Made by a program: the position numbers and the translations under genes. From assembly GCA_902523675.1 (NCBI GenBank), contig CABZAL010000005.1, forward strand, positions 6,867-70,866: a stretch of 64,000 bases of DNA. The letters are read 5' to 3'. Positions 61,972-64,000 of the stretch are shown piece after piece; the first letter of the stretch is position 1; the number at the start of each line of letters is the position of its first letter. A model generated the notes under the pieces. That model did not search any database. It saw only the letters and a program-made list of their open reading frames with translations, and was not told the origin of the DNA. Origin of the DNA: an uncultured Alphaproteobacteria bacterium. Lineage in GTDB: Bacteria > Pseudomonadota > Alphaproteobacteria > Methylaequorales > Methylaequoraceae.

Positions 61972-63948
61972 ATGAATTTTAAAATAAAAAGTGATTTTCT
62001 TCCATCCGGAGATCAGCCTGAAGCAATCCAGCAATTATGCGAAGGGTTGAAGCAAAATAAAAATGATCAAGTGCTTCTTGGGGTGACAGGATCTGGTAAA
62101 ACATTTACAATGGCAAATGTTATAAAAAATTTGCAAAGACCTGCACTAATTTTTGCTCCTAATAAAACACTTGCCGCTCAACTATACAGTGAAATGAAAA
62201 GTTTTTTTCCTGAAAATTGCGTCGAATATTTTGTTTCATACTACGATTATTATACACCAGAAGCATATGTGGCAAGAACAGATACATATATAGAAAAAGA
62301 ATCATCAATAAACGAACAGATTGATAGAATGAGACATTCAGCAACACGAGCTTTACTAGAAAGAAGAGATACAATTATTGTTGCAAGTGTGTCTTGTATT
62401 TATGGTATTGGATCAGTTCAAGCATATCAATCAATGACATTAAAGGTTTCAAAGAATCAGGAACTCGATAGAGATCTATTTAAAAAAAAACTTGTAGAAC
62501 TTCAATTTAAAAGAAATGAACAAAATTTTTTAAGAGGTACATTCAGAAACAAAGGTGATATCCTTGAAATCTTTCCCTCCCACCTTGAGGATAGATCTTG
62601 GAGAATTTCTTTTTTTGGAGATATTGTTGAAGAAATTACAGAGTTTGATCCTCTTACTGGTAAAATATTCAAAAATTTAGAAAATATAACTATTTATGCT
62701 AATAGTCATTACGTAACACCAAAACCATCACTTGAGAAAGCCATAACGGGGATAAAAAAAGAACTAAAGAATAGAGTAGAATTTTTTCAAAATAACAATA
62801 AACTTTTAGAAGCTCAAAGAATCGAGCAAAGAACTAAATTCGATTTAGAAATGATTGCCGCAACTGGAAGTTGCTCAGGAATCGAAAACTATTCAAGACA
62901 CCTTACAGGGCGAATGGAGGGAGAACCACCCCCTACTTTGTTTGAATATCTTCCAGATGACACTATTATCTTTATTGATGAATCTCACGTAACAATACCA
63001 CAAATTGGGGGCATGTACAAAGGTGATAGATCGAGAAAAGAAAACTTATCTGAACACGGTTTTAGATTACCATCATGCAAAGATAATAGACCTTTAATGT
63101 TTGAAGAGTGGGCTAAATTTAAAGGTCAAACAATTTATGTTTCTGCAACACCAGGCTCTTGGGAACTTGAAAAAACCTCTGGAATTTTTATTGAACAAAT
63201 TGTAAGACCAACTGGCTTAACTGAACCAAATTGTCTTATTCATAATGCAAAAAATCAGGTTGAGGATCTTATCGAACAGAGTAAAGAATGTGTTAAAAAA
63301 AAATTAAGAGTTTTAGTAACTACTTTGACAAAAAAAATGGCAGAAGATTTAACAGATTATTTAAATGAATCAAACATCAAAACTAAATATTTGCATTCTG
63401 ATATTGATGCAATTGAAAGAATTGAATTGATAAAATCTCTTAGACTAGGAGAATTTGACGTTTTAGTAGGAATAAATTTATTGAGAGAAGGTTTAGACAT
63501 ACCCGAATGTGGGTTGGTGGCAATATTGGATGCTGACAAGGAAGGATTTCTTAGATCTAAAGTTTCATTAATACAAACAATTGGTAGAGCAGCAAGAAAT
63601 GTAAACGGGAAAGTCATTTTGTACGCAGATAATAAAACCAAATCAATTTACGAGGCTATTGAAGAAACTGATAGAAGAAGGAAAAAACAAGTTGAATATA
63701 ATAAAGTTAATAATATCAAACCCAGATCAACTACAAGAAAGATTATTGATATAATTGAAATTAATCAGGAAAAAAATCCTAAAAAAACATTAAAAGAAAC
63801 TAAACTAGTCGGTAATAACTTATCAGCTCATGTAAAAGAGTTAAAATTATTAATGATTGAAAACGCAGAAAATTTAAATTTTGAAAAGGCAGCTGAAATT
63901 AGAGATGAAATTAAAAAATTAGAAAAAGACGAGATTGGAGTCAAATAA
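61972..63948 (+). CDS. uvrB: Excinuclease ABC subunit B
   Basis: GVTGSGKT, NKTLAAQLY, DESHVT, GINLLREGLD, UVR domain FEKAAEIRD. Confidence 0.98.
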   Translation: MNFKIKSDFLPSGDQPEAIQQLCEGLKQNKNDQVLLGVTGSGKTFTMANVIKNLQRPALIFAPNKTLAAQLYSEMKSFFPENCVEYFVSYYDYYTPEAYVARTDTYIEKESSINEQIDRMRHSATRALLERRDTIIVASVSCIYGIGSVQAYQSMTLKVSKNQELDRDLFKKKLVELQFKRNEQNFLRGTFRNKGDILEIFPSHLEDRSWRISFFGDIVEEITEFDPLTGKIFKNLENITIYANSHYVTPKPSLEKAITGIKKELKNRVEFFQNNNKLLEAQRIEQRTKFDLEMIAATGSCSGIENYSRHLTGRMEGEPPPTLFEYLPDDTIIFIDESHVTIPQIGGMYKGDRSRKENLSEHGFRLPSCKDNRPLMFEEWAKFKGQTIYVSATPGSWELEKTSGIFIEQIVRPTGLTEPNCLIHNAKNQVEDLIEQSKECVKKKLRVLVTTLTKKMAEDLTDYLNESNIKTKYLHSDIDAIERIELIKSLRLGEFDVLVGINLLREGLDIPECGLVAILDADKEGFLRSKVSLIQTIGRAARNVNGKVILYADNKTKSIYEAIEETDRRRKKQVEYNKVNNIKPRSTTRKIIDIIEINQEKNPKKTLKETKLVGNNLSAHVKELKLLMIENAENLNFEKAAEIRDEIKKLEKDEIGVK

Positions 63949-64000
63949 TATGGGTAATAAAACCGCACTTATAACAGGATCATCTAAACGAATTGGTAAA

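Noticed and set aside
14367-63641. Short ORF-track entries antisense to or nested in core genes (for example 14367, 20375, 29683, 37505, 45148, 50951, 63357)
   Set aside because: They fully overlap well-supported housekeeping genes and show no independent motifs or start signals

Overview
Very AT-rich bacterial chromosome segment, most likely a streamlined alphaproteobacterium (inferred from the alphaproteobacterial SspB next to fumC, the FtsZ C-terminus ...[11 protein letters not shown], and the lpxC-bamD-recN and rpoD-dnaG-yqeY-carAB-greA neighbourhoods). About 11.7-64 kb is core genome: sspB-fumC, AsmA, an SH3 protein, an amidase, rnpB, a dcw cluster with ftsZ relocated between mraZ and rsmH, recN, aminopeptidase P, prmA, uvrD, metF with a two-gene split metH, mlaA/mlaC, tRNA(CAT), rpoD, dnaG, carAB, greA, trxB, panE, aspartate aminotransferase and uvrB. 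carB and panE each carry a +1 homopolymer frameshift, probably sequencing errors. About 1-11 kb is an accessory island. Its first 5 kb is divided by four copies of a 140-240 bp repeat. Three copies share a 37-bp core with one variable base, flanked by short direct repeats at 10-12 bp spacing, an attP-like layout. The copies separate 0.5-2.4 kb integrase-less gene modules, suggesting a tandem cassette array. The cargo has a metal/copper theme largely missed by the ORF track: two paralogous Cys-Cys-rich metallothionein-like peptides (49 and 42 aa), a secreted acidic peptide whose predicted mature N-terminus is an ATCUN motif (DGH), two outer-membrane transporter-like proteins, and a CutF/CruR-like leader ORF (CxxxC plus C-terminal QSPP) whose last codons pair with the Shine-Dalgarno of the downstream Met/His-rich transporter. 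A candidate anti-SD-loop sRNA and other small ORFs are also present. All family calls come from motif recognition by eye; no database searches were run.
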